DNA of 64,000 nt from an uncultured Rhizobium sp. Lineage in GTDB: Bacteria; Pseudomonadota; Alphaproteobacteria; Micropepsales; Micropepsaceae. The notes under the pieces were generated by a model. It was not told the DNA's origin. It worked only from the letters and a program-made list of their open reading frames with translations, and searched no databases. Positions within the stretch are counted from its first letter, which is position 1; every line of letters begins with the position of its first letter. Location of the stretch: contig CAZOJG010000012.1 in the NCBI GenBank assembly GCA_964580115.1, positions 12,310 to 76,309 of the forward strand, read 5' to 3'. The position numbers were made by a program, and so were the translations under genes. This document shows, in pieces, positions 30,111 to 38,563 of this stretch.

Positions 30111-31072
30111 AGCGCGGCCAATGCCGCCCGCGCCGCATCACAATCGCGCGCGATCTGGTCTTTCAAAGCTTCCAGCCCCTCCAGCATCGCCTCAGGCCGG
30201 ATATAGTGGATCAAATCCACCGCCAGATGTTTGCCATATAAATCATCGCTGAAATCGAACAGAAATGTTTCCAGCAAAGGCATGGCGATCTGATACATGG
30301 GCCGCACACCAAAATTGGCAACCCCGTCATAACACCCGATCACCTGATCATTCTCAACCAGCCGCGCCCGCACGGCATAAACACCATAAGCAGGCCGCAG
30401 AAAATCCTCGATCCGCATATTGGCGGTGGGAAAACCAATCAACCGTCCACGCGCATCACCATGCTCAACCCGCGCTTCCACCGTCCAGAAATGCCCCAAA
30501 AGCCGCGCCGCTTCGTCCGGCCGCCCCTGCTGCAAGGCCTCACGAATATCCGACGACGAAATCTTGCCATAAGGCTCGAATGTAACAGGCTCGAACACAA
30601 TCACCTGAAATCCGAACTGCGCGCCCATTGCACCTAGCTGCTGCACATCGCCCAGCCGCCCCTTGCCGAAACGAAAATCCTTGCCCACCACAATGGCGCT
30701 GACACCCAGCCCCGCCACCAATATATCGCGCACAAAATCCTCGGCCGATTTTTCAGCCATGGCGGCATCGAAATTCAGTGCGAACAAGGCATCCACATCC
30801 AGATCGGCAATCAAGCGCGCCTTGGTGCGCAAGGGCGTCAGCCTGAACGATGTGTCTGACGGGCGGAAAAACTCTTGCGGATGCGGCTCGAAAGCGATCA
30901 CCCCAAGCGGCACCTTTTGTTCCTGGCTCAGCCTGCGGGCCTCCCCGATCAAGGCCTGATGCCCCCGATGCACTCCGTCAAAATTACCAAGCGCCACCAC
31001 CGCGCCCCTATGCGCCGCCGCGACAGACTCATGATGACGATAAATGCGCATGCGCGCCTGATCTTCCATCAC
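30107..31072 (-). CDS. ribF: Bifunctional riboflavin kinase / FMN adenylyltransferase
   Basis: It has GNFDGVHRGHQ, and the riboflavin kinase domain carries GFPTAN and LLETFLFDFSDDLYG. The start may be the ATG at 31051 (MRIYRH..). Confidence 0.93.
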   Translation of the reverse strand: MMEDQARMRIYRHHESVAAAHRGAVVALGNFDGVHRGHQALIGEARRLSQEQKVPLGVIAFEPHPQEFFRPSDTSFRLTPLRTKARLIADLDVDALFALNFDAAMAEKSAEDFVRDILVAGLGVSAIVVGKDFRFGKGRLGDVQQLGAMGAQFGFQVIVFEPVTFEPYGKISSSDIREALQQGRPDEAARLLGHFWTVEARVEHGDARGRLIGFPTANMRIEDFLRPAYGVYAVRARLVENDQVIGCYDGVANFGVRPMYQIAMPLLETFLFDFSDDLYGKHLAVDLIHYIRPEAMLEGLEALKDQIARDCDAARAALAAL

Positions 31073-31078
31073 TATGGT

Positions 31079-31498
31079 TCAGGCCTTGGGCCGGGCAGGG
31101 GCCATCACCAAAGCCTCCCCTTCGATCACGGCCAGCCCTTTCACCGAACACAGGCAATCAAACAGCACCCGCCGCTTCTCCCGCACCTCGCGCACGGTAC
31201 ACATGGTCTCCACCTCATCGCCAATCCGCACTGGCGCTTTGAACTGAAGATTAAGGCTCAGAAAAATTGTCCCCGGTCCCGGCATCTCCATGCCCAGCAC
31301 GGTCGAAATATAACCCGCCGACAACATGCCATGCGCCACACGGGTCTTGAAAATCGTAGTGCGGGCATAGTCTTCGTCGAAATGCGCCGGATTACGATCG
31401 CCCGATACCTCGCCGAACAGCTCAATATCTTTCTCGGTCACGATGTGGACATAGTGCCCGCTCATGCCGGGCTGCAAATCTTCCGCATAGGTAACCAT
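31079..31498 (-). CDS. MaoC-family (R)-specific enoyl-CoA hydratase, hotdog fold
   Basis: 139 aa with FGEVSGDRNPAHFDEDYA.. and IAHGML. Confidence 0.88.
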   Translation of the reverse strand: MVTYAEDLQPGMSGHYVHIVTEKDIELFGEVSGDRNPAHFDEDYARTTIFKTRVAHGMLSAGYISTVLGMEMPGPGTIFLSLNLQFKAPVRIGDEVETMCTVREVREKRRVLFDCLCSVKGLAVIEGEALVMAPARPKA

Positions 31499-31549
31499 CG
31501 TTTGCCTTACTTAAAGTGGGCTCAAGTGGCTGTCATATCGGCCAGCCCC

Positions 31550-32413
31550 TCACCAGACAAGGCTCGCCATACCAGCCCGGGCCTGCGCTCCGGCCGAGGC
31601 CAGAAGCTGCTCCAGCTTCTCGGCTTGCAAGCCATCCGCATGGGCCAGTTCCGCCCCATGAATCCCTTGGGCAATGAACAAAGCCTCGATCCCGGCGGCA
31701 TTGGCCCCCTTGATATCGGTACCAATCCCATCCCCGATCGCCAGCACCCGCAACACATCTTTCCCGGTCAGCGATTTCAGCCGCGCCATGGTCGCCTCAT
31801 AAACCGGCAGATAGGGCTTGCCATAATAGATGGCCCGGCCACCCATCGCCTCATAGGCTTGGGCAATCGCCCCGGCGCAATAAACCAGTTCGCCCCCCCG
31901 CTGCACCACAAGATCAGGATTGGCGCAAAGCAATTCCAGATCGCGCGCCTTCAGCTTTTCCAACAAGGGCGAATAATCTTCGGGCGTCTCCGTATCATCA
32001 TCCCACAAGCCGGTGCATAGCACGATATCGGCCGCATCGGCCTCCACCACATCCAGGTTCAAGCCTTCGAAAACCCCGCGATCCCGCTCCGGCCCGATAT
32101 GCAGCATCGACAAACGCCGCACGGCGCTGCGCGCCGCCAATGCCTCCCGCGTCGCCACGCCCGAGGTTACAACCCCGTCAAACATGTCGAGCGGCACACC
32201 TATATGGCGGAACTGGGCATGAATATCTTCAATCGGGCGCGGCGCATTGGATAACAGCACCACCGGCCCGCGCGCGCGAAACGCTCTCAAAGCCTCCGCC
32301 GCATCCAGAAAAGGTTGCCGCCCATCATGCAACACCCCCCAGATGTCACAGATCAACGCGTCATAGTCTTCTGCGATTTCCCGCAGCCCGGATAGAATAG
32401 GAAATGTGCTCAT
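31550..32413 (-). CDS. HAD-superfamily hydrolase (TIGR01459-like, subfamily IIA)
   Basis: It has the HAD motifs LICDIWGVLHDG, LLSNAPR and IGDGIGTDIKGA. Confidence 0.85.
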   Translation of the reverse strand: MSTFPILSGLREIAEDYDALICDIWGVLHDGRQPFLDAAEALRAFRARGPVVLLSNAPRPIEDIHAQFRHIGVPLDMFDGVVTSGVATREALAARSAVRRLSMLHIGPERDRGVFEGLNLDVVEADAADIVLCTGLWDDDTETPEDYSPLLEKLKARDLELLCANPDLVVQRGGELVYCAGAIAQAYEAMGGRAIYYGKPYLPVYEATMARLKSLTGKDVLRVLAIGDGIGTDIKGANAAGIEALFIAQGIHGAELAHADGLQAEKLEQLLASAGAQARAGMASLVW

Positions 32414-32466
32414 ACCCCGTCTCTAGCGCAAAACACGCATCAGACACTAGTGCGGGTAAATGCGCC

Positions 32467-33744
32467 TCAGCCCGCCCGGCGCAGCGGCACGACCGAACCT
32501 TCAGGCCCGGCAGTTCCCGAAACAGCCGCCGTCGCGGTTCTGGCTGCTTCCTGCATCGCCTCTTCCCGCACGGCCCGCGGTTCGCCAAACAAATAGCCCT
32601 GCGCGAAATCCACACCATAATCCAGCAATTGCAGCACGGTCTTTTCGTCTTCCACTCGCTCGGCAATCAAATTCATACCTTGGCGCGCCATCAGGGTTTT
32701 CAAATCCTCAGCCGCGACATCGGCTTTGCTGTCAGCCCGTTTGCCGGTCAGAAGATCAGCATGCACTTTGATGTGACGGAATCCCAATTTACGTAACCGC
32801 CCAAAATCCAGCGCCAGCGTTTCCACATGATCCAAAGACAGCGCAAAGCCCAGATTGCTCAAATAGCCCAGATTGGCCTCACCAGCCGCGCCGGCTTTCG
32901 CCAGGGCGCTTTGCGAGAATTCAAATACAATCTGCCCCGCCAGATCACGATTGTGATGCATATATTCCAAAAATTGCGGGAAGAATTCCGCATCCGATAA
33001 AGTGTCTCCCGCAATGTTACAGAAAATCGCAATATCCCGATTTTTCACGGTCAGCTTGCGCACGATCTGCACACAGCGGAACAGCAGCAGATTATCCACC
33101 ACACTCATCAAACCGGCAGGGGCGGCAATGCGCATATATTGCGCCGGCATGATCACCGTGCCGTCTTCCGCGCGCAACCGCGACAAAGCCTCGTAATAAC
33201 GCAGTTTCCGCTGCGGCAGGCTCACCGTCGGCTGCAAATATAAATCCACGCGGTTCTGTTCCAGCGAGGTGCGGATCAATTCCAGCAATGGCCCATCCGC
33301 CAAAGCGCGGCGCGGTCCCTGCACCTTGTTATGCTGCGGCAGTGCTGCCTGCATATTTCCTGTCACGGCTTTGGCCTTGCCCGCAATACGTCCGGCAAAT
33401 TCTCGCATCAAACCTTCAAGGATCTGCAACTCCGCCACGATTTTGCGATTATTCTCATCGGTGCGGGTTTCAATCAGTTGGGTAATCTCGGCAATCTTCC
33501 CGGACGTCACATCCAGCGATTGCTGAAACGAAAGTCCCGCCTGTTTCAGCATGGCGATCTCACTGCGATTGCGCTTGCGATCCTTCCGCCGCAACAGCAT
33601 CAGATGAATCTGCGCCATGGCCACCGTGCCCAGCACAGCCAGCATGCCCCCCTGTTCCAGCGGCAACCCTTTTTCCAGCCCCACCAATCCGGCCACCAGA
33701 GCAGCCGCCATCGCATAGGTCACAAGAATAAGCAGATTCAACAT
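32467..33744 (-). CDS. Membrane-anchored EAL-domain protein (putative c-di-GMP phosphodiesterase)
   Basis: It has two N-terminal TM helices, a coiled-coil and an EAL domain (YYEALSRLR, NIAG.., LDHVE.., IKVHADL, AERVEDE, AQGYLFGEP). I see no GGDEF domain. Confidence 0.88.
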   Translation of the reverse strand: MLNLLILVTYAMAAALVAGLVGLEKGLPLEQGGMLAVLGTVAMAQIHLMLLRRKDRKRNRSEIAMLKQAGLSFQQSLDVTSGKIAEITQLIETRTDENNRKIVAELQILEGLMREFAGRIAGKAKAVTGNMQAALPQHNKVQGPRRALADGPLLELIRTSLEQNRVDLYLQPTVSLPQRKLRYYEALSRLRAEDGTVIMPAQYMRIAAPAGLMSVVDNLLLFRCVQIVRKLTVKNRDIAIFCNIAGDTLSDAEFFPQFLEYMHHNRDLAGQIVFEFSQSALAKAGAAGEANLGYLSNLGFALSLDHVETLALDFGRLRKLGFRHIKVHADLLTGKRADSKADVAAEDLKTLMARQGMNLIAERVEDEKTVLQLLDYGVDFAQGYLFGEPRAVREEAMQEAARTATAAVSGTAGPEGSVVPLRRAG

Positions 33745-33846
33745 GCCCCAGAGCCCATCAGAAGTTCCGGCTCAATATGGGGCAGTGCCTGTTTAAAAGA
33801 TGTTAACCTAAGCAGGCCGGTCTAATCCCCGCTCCCATCCCCAATT

Positions 33847-33861
33847 TTAATCTTTCATTAA
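33847..33861 (-). promoter_or_regulatory. Perfect TTAA-N7-TTAA (CtrA-box pattern) upstream of the EAL gene
   Basis: TTAATCTTTCATTAA read directly, 103-117 nt upstream of the EAL start codon in an AT-rich spacer. Confidence 0.3.
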
Positions 33862-33873
33862 ATATTCGGCCGT

Positions 33874-34101
33874 TCAGATCAGCCAGCGCCATATGCCAAT
33901 CATATTAATGACGGCAAAGCTCAGATTGAGCGTCAGCAAAGCCCCTTCTTTCTGGCGATAAGCCACCCACACCCAGCCGATCGCCCCCGCCAGCATCACT
34001 GGATAGGCCCATCCCGAAAAAGGCAGATGCAACGCCAAAGCCAAAGCGCCTGACAATTGCAGGGCCGTGGAAAACCATTTCAACACACGCAAGTCCAACA
34101 T
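33874..34101 (-). CDS. Hypothetical 75-aa three-TM membrane protein
   Basis: It has three clear hydrophobic helices and ends ..INMIGIWRWLI. There is no obvious Shine-Dalgarno sequence, so coding status is uncertain. Confidence 0.45.
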   Translation of the reverse strand: MLDLRVLKWFSTALQLSGALALALHLPFSGWAYPVMLAGAIGWVWVAYRQKEGALLTLNLSFAVINMIGIWRWLI

Positions 34102-34347
34102 GGGGCAGTCAAATATCCCTGATCAGGGCCAAACGAATCGTCGGCCCATTCTTCTCTTTTATTCAAGATGCAGCGAGAGGCGATCCGCATCGCCCCTCAC
34201 GCATTGACGCAACAATCACAAAGATTGGCTGATGCCCCCGACGAATTCATAGCTAGTTTAGAAGTTACTGGGGGCAGGGTGTCGGGGATTAGCTCGGTTT
34301 AGAAACCTGGGTGGGGGTGGTGCCAAATCACAAATGCTGGGAAAAAT

Positions 34348-34424
34348 TGGTCGGAGAGAGAGGATTCGAACCTCCGGCCCCTACGTCCCGAACGTAGTGC
34401 TCTACCAGGCTGAGCTACTCTCCG
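34348..34424 (-). tRNA. tRNA-Pro (anticodon CGG), CCA encoded
   Basis: The reverse complement is CGGAGAGTAGCTCAGCCTGGTAGAGCACTACGTTCGGGACGTAGGGGCCGGAGGTTCGAATCCTCTCTCTCCGACCA. It has the anticodon stem CTACG/CGTAG with loop TTCGGGA. Confidence 0.92.
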
Positions 34425-34595
34425 AACCTATGAAGGACCAATATTTCGGCTATCCGCCTAAGCTGGTTCCTCTCGGGAGGCGTCCTTATAATGAGGGCTT
34501 TCCCGCCTCGCAACACTGCATATGCCGCAGTCATGCTAAAATGCGGGCTTATAAAGCCGGGCCAAAAAAGAGCCGAAGACGGTAGGAAAAGAGAT

Positions 34596-34670
34596 TGGCT
34601 GGGGCGGGAGGGATCGAACCTCCGAATGCCGGAATCAAAATCCGGTGCCTTACCACTTGGCGACGCCCCA
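34596..34670 (-). tRNA. tRNA-Gln (anticodon UUG), CCA encoded
   Basis: The reverse complement is TGGGGCGTCGCCAAGTGGTAAGGCACCGGATTTTGATTCCGGCATTCGGAGGTTCGATCCCTCCCGCCCCAGCCA. It has the anticodon stem CCGGA/TCCGG with loop TTTTGAT. Confidence 0.92.
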
Positions 34671-34789
34671 ATATGCGCAATCCGCGCAAGGTCGCGGACC
34701 ATAAGGCCTTGTTCGGGCCGGTTCAATGCGCAGCTTTATGCCAAATGGCCCGGCCTATCTGACAAAGGGTCACACGCGGCAGCACAGCC

Positions 34790-35386
34790 TCACAGCATGG
34801 ATTGCGCCAAAAACCATATGCCCAGCACGACAAAAAGAATCGCCGCCCCGATATTCAGCGCTTTCAGGGGCAGTCGCGCGGCAAAGCGATCTCCCAGAAA
34901 CACCACGGGCACATTGGCCAGCATCAATCCCGCCGTACTGCCCAGAAGCACCGGCAATAGATCCAGATAACCCGCCGCCAGCGTTGCCGTGGCGATCTGA
35001 GTCTTGTCCCCCATCTCCGCTATGAAAAAGGCGATCAGCGTCGCGATAAAGGCCCCGCGCCCGCGCGTATCCACATCCCCGTCCAGTTTGTCGGGAATCA
35101 GGGTCCATATCGCCATACCCAGCAAACTGCCGCCGACCAGCGCATCCAGAACCCGCGGCGTCAGATAGCCCGACACCAAAACACCAGCCCATCCCGCCAG
35201 CGCATGATTGGCCAGTGTCGCAATCAGGATGGCGGCAATGATCGGCCAGGGTTTGCGAAATTTCGCTGCCAGCAGCAGCGATAAAAGCTGCGTGCGATCC
35301 CCCATTTCGGCAATACCGACCGTGGTGAGGGAAACCAGAAATGCATCCATAAGCCTGCCAGACTCTAAAACATCAGAAACCGCCAC
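34790..35386 (-). CDS. UPF0016 / GDT1 (TMEM165) family cation (Mn2+/Ca2+) transporter
   Basis: It has two copies of the E-x-G-D-(K/R)-T motif (AEMGDRTQ and AEMGDKTQ) in a 6-TM protein. Confidence 0.85.
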   Translation of the reverse strand: MAVSDVLESGRLMDAFLVSLTTVGIAEMGDRTQLLSLLLAAKFRKPWPIIAAILIATLANHALAGWAGVLVSGYLTPRVLDALVGGSLLGMAIWTLIPDKLDGDVDTRGRGAFIATLIAFFIAEMGDKTQIATATLAAGYLDLLPVLLGSTAGLMLANVPVVFLGDRFAARLPLKALNIGAAILFVVLGIWFLAQSML

Positions 35387-35422
35387 ACTTCAGCATGGCG
35401 GTTTCTGCACGCATACAGCACT

Positions 35423-35878
35423 TCAGCGATAAACGATGCTGATCATTTCCACCACGGCGGCCGGGCGATCCACCCCCTCGATCTCGATGGTGATTTCATT
35501 GGTCAGTTGCATGCCACCGGCGCGCGCCTCGGCGCTCATCAGCTTAGCCCGCGCCCGCAAGCGCGAACCCACCGGCACCATATTGGTGAAACGCACTTTG
35601 TTGGATCCATAATTGATCCCCCGCGTCACATCCTCAACTTTCAGGAAATTCGCGGTGAACAGCGGAATCATCGACATGGTCAGAAAGCCATGCGCAATGG
35701 TCTTGCCGCCGGGCAATTCCCGCTTCGCCCGTTCGACATCGACATGGATCCATTGATGGTCGCCCGTGGCCTCGGCAAATTGATTGATGCGCTCCTGTGT
35801 CACTTCAACCCAGTCCGAAACCCCGGTCTCCGTCCCAACCAGCTTCGGCAGGTCATCGAACTTCGTCACAATCGTCAT
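35423..35878 (-). CDS. MaoC-like dehydratase (hotdog fold)
   Basis: 151 aa with FAEATGDHQWIHVD.. and IAHGFL. It lies downstream of the acyl-CoA synthetase gene. Confidence 0.88.
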   Translation of the reverse strand: MTIVTKFDDLPKLVGTETGVSDWVEVTQERINQFAEATGDHQWIHVDVERAKRELPGGKTIAHGFLTMSMIPLFTANFLKVEDVTRGINYGSNKVRFTNMVPVGSRLRARAKLMSAEARAGGMQLTNEITIEIEGVDRPAAVVEMISIVYR

Positions 35879-35893
35879 GTGAAAAATCTCTCT

Positions 35894-37465
35894 TCAAGCC
35901 ATCCGCGCAGCATCATTGCCCCAATATTTGTCGCGGATCAGACGTTTATACAATTTGCCGGTGGGCTGCCGCGGCAAATCACGCTCAAAATCGACCGTGC
36001 GCGGGCATTTGAGGGGAGAAAGCTGCCCCCGGCAATAGGCGATCAGTTCCGCCGCCAGTTCCGGCCCGGCCTCATCCCAATCAATGGGCTGCACAACCGC
36101 CTTCACCTCTTCGCCAAATTCCTCGCTGGGCACACCAATCACCGCCACATCCGCCACTTTGGGGTGGGCGATCAGCAAATTCTCGGTCTCTTGCGGATAA
36201 ATATTCACCCCGCCCGAAATGATCATAAAAGCCTTGCGATCGGTCAGATATAAAAAACCGTCCGCATCCAGCCGCCCCACATCCCCCAAAGTCGACCATT
36301 CGGGATGCAGCCTATGGCGCGCCCGCGCGCTCTTTTCCGGATCATTGTGATATTCAAAGCGATTATTGGACGCGAAATAAATCACCCCGTCCTCGCCCAC
36401 CGGCAATTCATTTCCCTCTTCATCACAAATATGCGCCGCCCCCAGCAATGACTGCCCCACCGTGCCGGGATGTTTCAACCATTCCTCGCTATTCACATGG
36501 CAAAAACAATTCGCCTCGGTCCCTGCATAATATTCATGCAGCACCGGCCCCCACCATTCGATCATGGCGCGCTTCACCGGAATGGGGCAGGGCGCGGCCG
36601 CATGAATAGCCACTTTCATCGACGAAATATCATATGCCTTACGCTGCGCCTCCGGCATCTTCAGCATACGGATGAACATGGTCGGCACCCATTGACTCGC
36701 CGTCACGCGATAGCGCTCTATCAAACTCAAAGCCTGTTCCGGGTCGAAATGATCCATCACAATCACCGTGCCGCCCAATCGCTGGGCCGACATGCAATAA
36801 CGCAGCGGCGCCGCATGATAGAGCGGCGCAGGCGACAGATAGACAGTCTCCGCATTAAAGCCGAATAAACCGGCACAAACCATCGCCAGCGCATAGGGCG
36901 CATCAACAGGCACATTCTGCAATGGCTGCCGCACGCCTTTGGGCCGCCCCGTCGTGCCCGATGAATAGAGCATATCCCCGCCCGCCGTCTCATCGGCAAT
37001 CGGTGTCACCGGCTGACCCGCAATCTCAGCCTCATAAGATGCAAAACCCGCTGCCGCCTGATCCAGCAAAAGGCCCGTCACGCCCGGCACAAGCGCCATC
37101 ACCTCTTGCGCCACAGCACGTAACTCAGACGAGGCAATAAAAATCTTCGCCTCGCAATCGCGTAAAATATAGGCCACTTCGCCGGCGGTCAGCTTGGTCG
37201 GGATACAGGTGAAATAAAGCCCCGCCCGCTGCGCCGCCCAGCAAATCTCCAGAAAGCGCGGGTGATTTTCGCAAAACAGCGCAATCCCATCCCCCGCCTT
37301 CAAACCCTTCTGACGAAAAAGATGCGCCCCCTGATTGGAAGCCTCATTCATCTGCCGATAGGTAATAATCCGGCCATCGCGCGCCATAATGATAGCGGGC
37401 TTATCAGGCGTCTGTTCTGCGTGATGAAAAGGATGCATATCATAAGCCCATTCATGCGCGCCCAT
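35894..37465 (-). CDS. AMP-dependent acyl-CoA synthetase/ligase
   Basis: It has the AMP-binding motifs YSSGTTGRPKGV, YYAGTE, GDVGRLDADGFLYLTDR and GKLYKR. Confidence 0.92.
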   Translation of the reverse strand: MGAHEWAYDMHPFHHAEQTPDKPAIIMARDGRIITYRQMNEASNQGAHLFRQKGLKAGDGIALFCENHPRFLEICWAAQRAGLYFTCIPTKLTAGEVAYILRDCEAKIFIASSELRAVAQEVMALVPGVTGLLLDQAAAGFASYEAEIAGQPVTPIADETAGGDMLYSSGTTGRPKGVRQPLQNVPVDAPYALAMVCAGLFGFNAETVYLSPAPLYHAAPLRYCMSAQRLGGTVIVMDHFDPEQALSLIERYRVTASQWVPTMFIRMLKMPEAQRKAYDISSMKVAIHAAAPCPIPVKRAMIEWWGPVLHEYYAGTEANCFCHVNSEEWLKHPGTVGQSLLGAAHICDEEGNELPVGEDGVIYFASNNRFEYHNDPEKSARARHRLHPEWSTLGDVGRLDADGFLYLTDRKAFMIISGGVNIYPQETENLLIAHPKVADVAVIGVPSEEFGEEVKAVVQPIDWDEAGPELAAELIAYCRGQLSPLKCPRTVDFERDLPRQPTGKLYKRLIRDKYWGNDAARMA

Positions 37466-37501
37466 CTTTATGGGACCACAAGCCAGGCCGTAAAGATAAG
37501 A

Positions 37502-38359
37502 ATGATCACCCCCAGCCGTAAAACACTCACCCTATCTGAAGGCGGCATTTCCTATCTGCACTGGGACAATCCGCAGGCCCCCACCCTGTGCTTCGCCCAT
37601 GCCAATGGCTTTAACGCGCAAACCTATATCGGCCTGCTGGGCCCGCTCGCCGCCCATTTTAACATTCTCGCCCCGGATGCCCGCGGCCATGGCCTGACAT
37701 CCCTGCCCACCACACAAGGCGTCGCCCATGGCTGGACCGGCTACCGCGATGATCTGGCGAGCTTCCTCTCACATTGCGCGCCCGAAAAATTTTATCTCGC
37801 GGGTCATTCACTGGGCGGCATCACCTGCCTGCTCTATGCCGCCAGCCACGCACAAAGGGTCAAAGGCCTCACCCTGATCGAGCCGGTGCTGCTGCCAGGC
37901 TGGTTCAGATTTTTCGCCAAATTTCCCTATCGCCCCAAAAATTTCGATCTCGCCACCCGCGCCGCCCGCCGCCGCGATCGCTTCCCCAGCCGGGACGCCG
38001 CGTTCAAAGCCTGGCAGGGCAGGGGCGGCTTCCGCACCTGGCCCGATGAAACCCTGCGCGACTTTCTGGACGGCGGCCTGATCCCCGATGAAAAGGGTGG
38101 GATGCGCACCGCCTGCGCCCCGGCCTGGGAGGCCACAACCTTCCAAACCGCCCCCTTCGGCGCAGACAGGCTGGGTCGTAACATCACCTGTCCGGTCACC
38201 CTCATGATCGCCGAACACAGCAATATCTCCGGCACAGCCAGCCGCGCCTTCGCCCGCCATCACGGCAAAACAAGGCTGATCATCACCCCCGGCACCACCC
38301 ATTTCCTGCCCATGGAACGCCCCGATGCGGTGCAGGAAGAAATCCTCCGTCATTTATGA
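37502..38359 (+). CDS. Alpha/beta-fold hydrolase
   Basis: It has HANGFNA, the nucleophile elbow GHSLGG and a C-terminal HF. I chose the ATG at 37502 because the ORF-track start at 37262 overlaps the divergent synthetase gene. Confidence 0.8.
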   Translation: MITPSRKTLTLSEGGISYLHWDNPQAPTLCFAHANGFNAQTYIGLLGPLAAHFNILAPDARGHGLTSLPTTQGVAHGWTGYRDDLASFLSHCAPEKFYLAGHSLGGITCLLYAASHAQRVKGLTLIEPVLLPGWFRFFAKFPYRPKNFDLATRAARRRDRFPSRDAAFKAWQGRGGFRTWPDETLRDFLDGGLIPDEKGGMRTACAPAWEATTFQTAPFGADRLGRNITCPVTLMIAEHSNISGTASRAFARHHGKTRLIITPGTTHFLPMERPDAVQEEILRHL

Positions 38360-38563
38360 TGCGGCCTCAGCCTGTCTGGACCAGTGCCAGCCTCGCTGTT
38401 AGAACCAGCCCCCATTGATTTGAAGGCTTTATCCGTGATTTCGGTCTTGAAGGGATTGTCACGAATTCGCCGCCCGGCTCCCTCCGCCCGCCCATAAAGG
38501 CGCGTCGGAAGATGGAGGCCGGGTTACTTTCCGCAATTCCTGATCACTAGGTCCCCAAGAACT

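Noticed and set aside
34102-34789. A possible integrative element or genomic island at the tRNA-Pro/tRNA-Gln pair.
   Set aside because: I see no integrase, no excisionase and no direct repeat of a tRNA 3' end. The flanking genes (an EAL protein and a GDT1 transporter) look like core genes with the same composition as the rest. The G-rich stretch at about 34270-34325 and the small stems there are too weak to call.
35387-35422. A manganese (yybP-ykoY) riboswitch upstream of the GDT1/UPF0016 transporter.
   Set aside because: Only 36 nt separate the gene from the upstream MaoC stop codon. That is far too short for the riboswitch, so the gene is probably co-transcribed with the fatty-acid genes.
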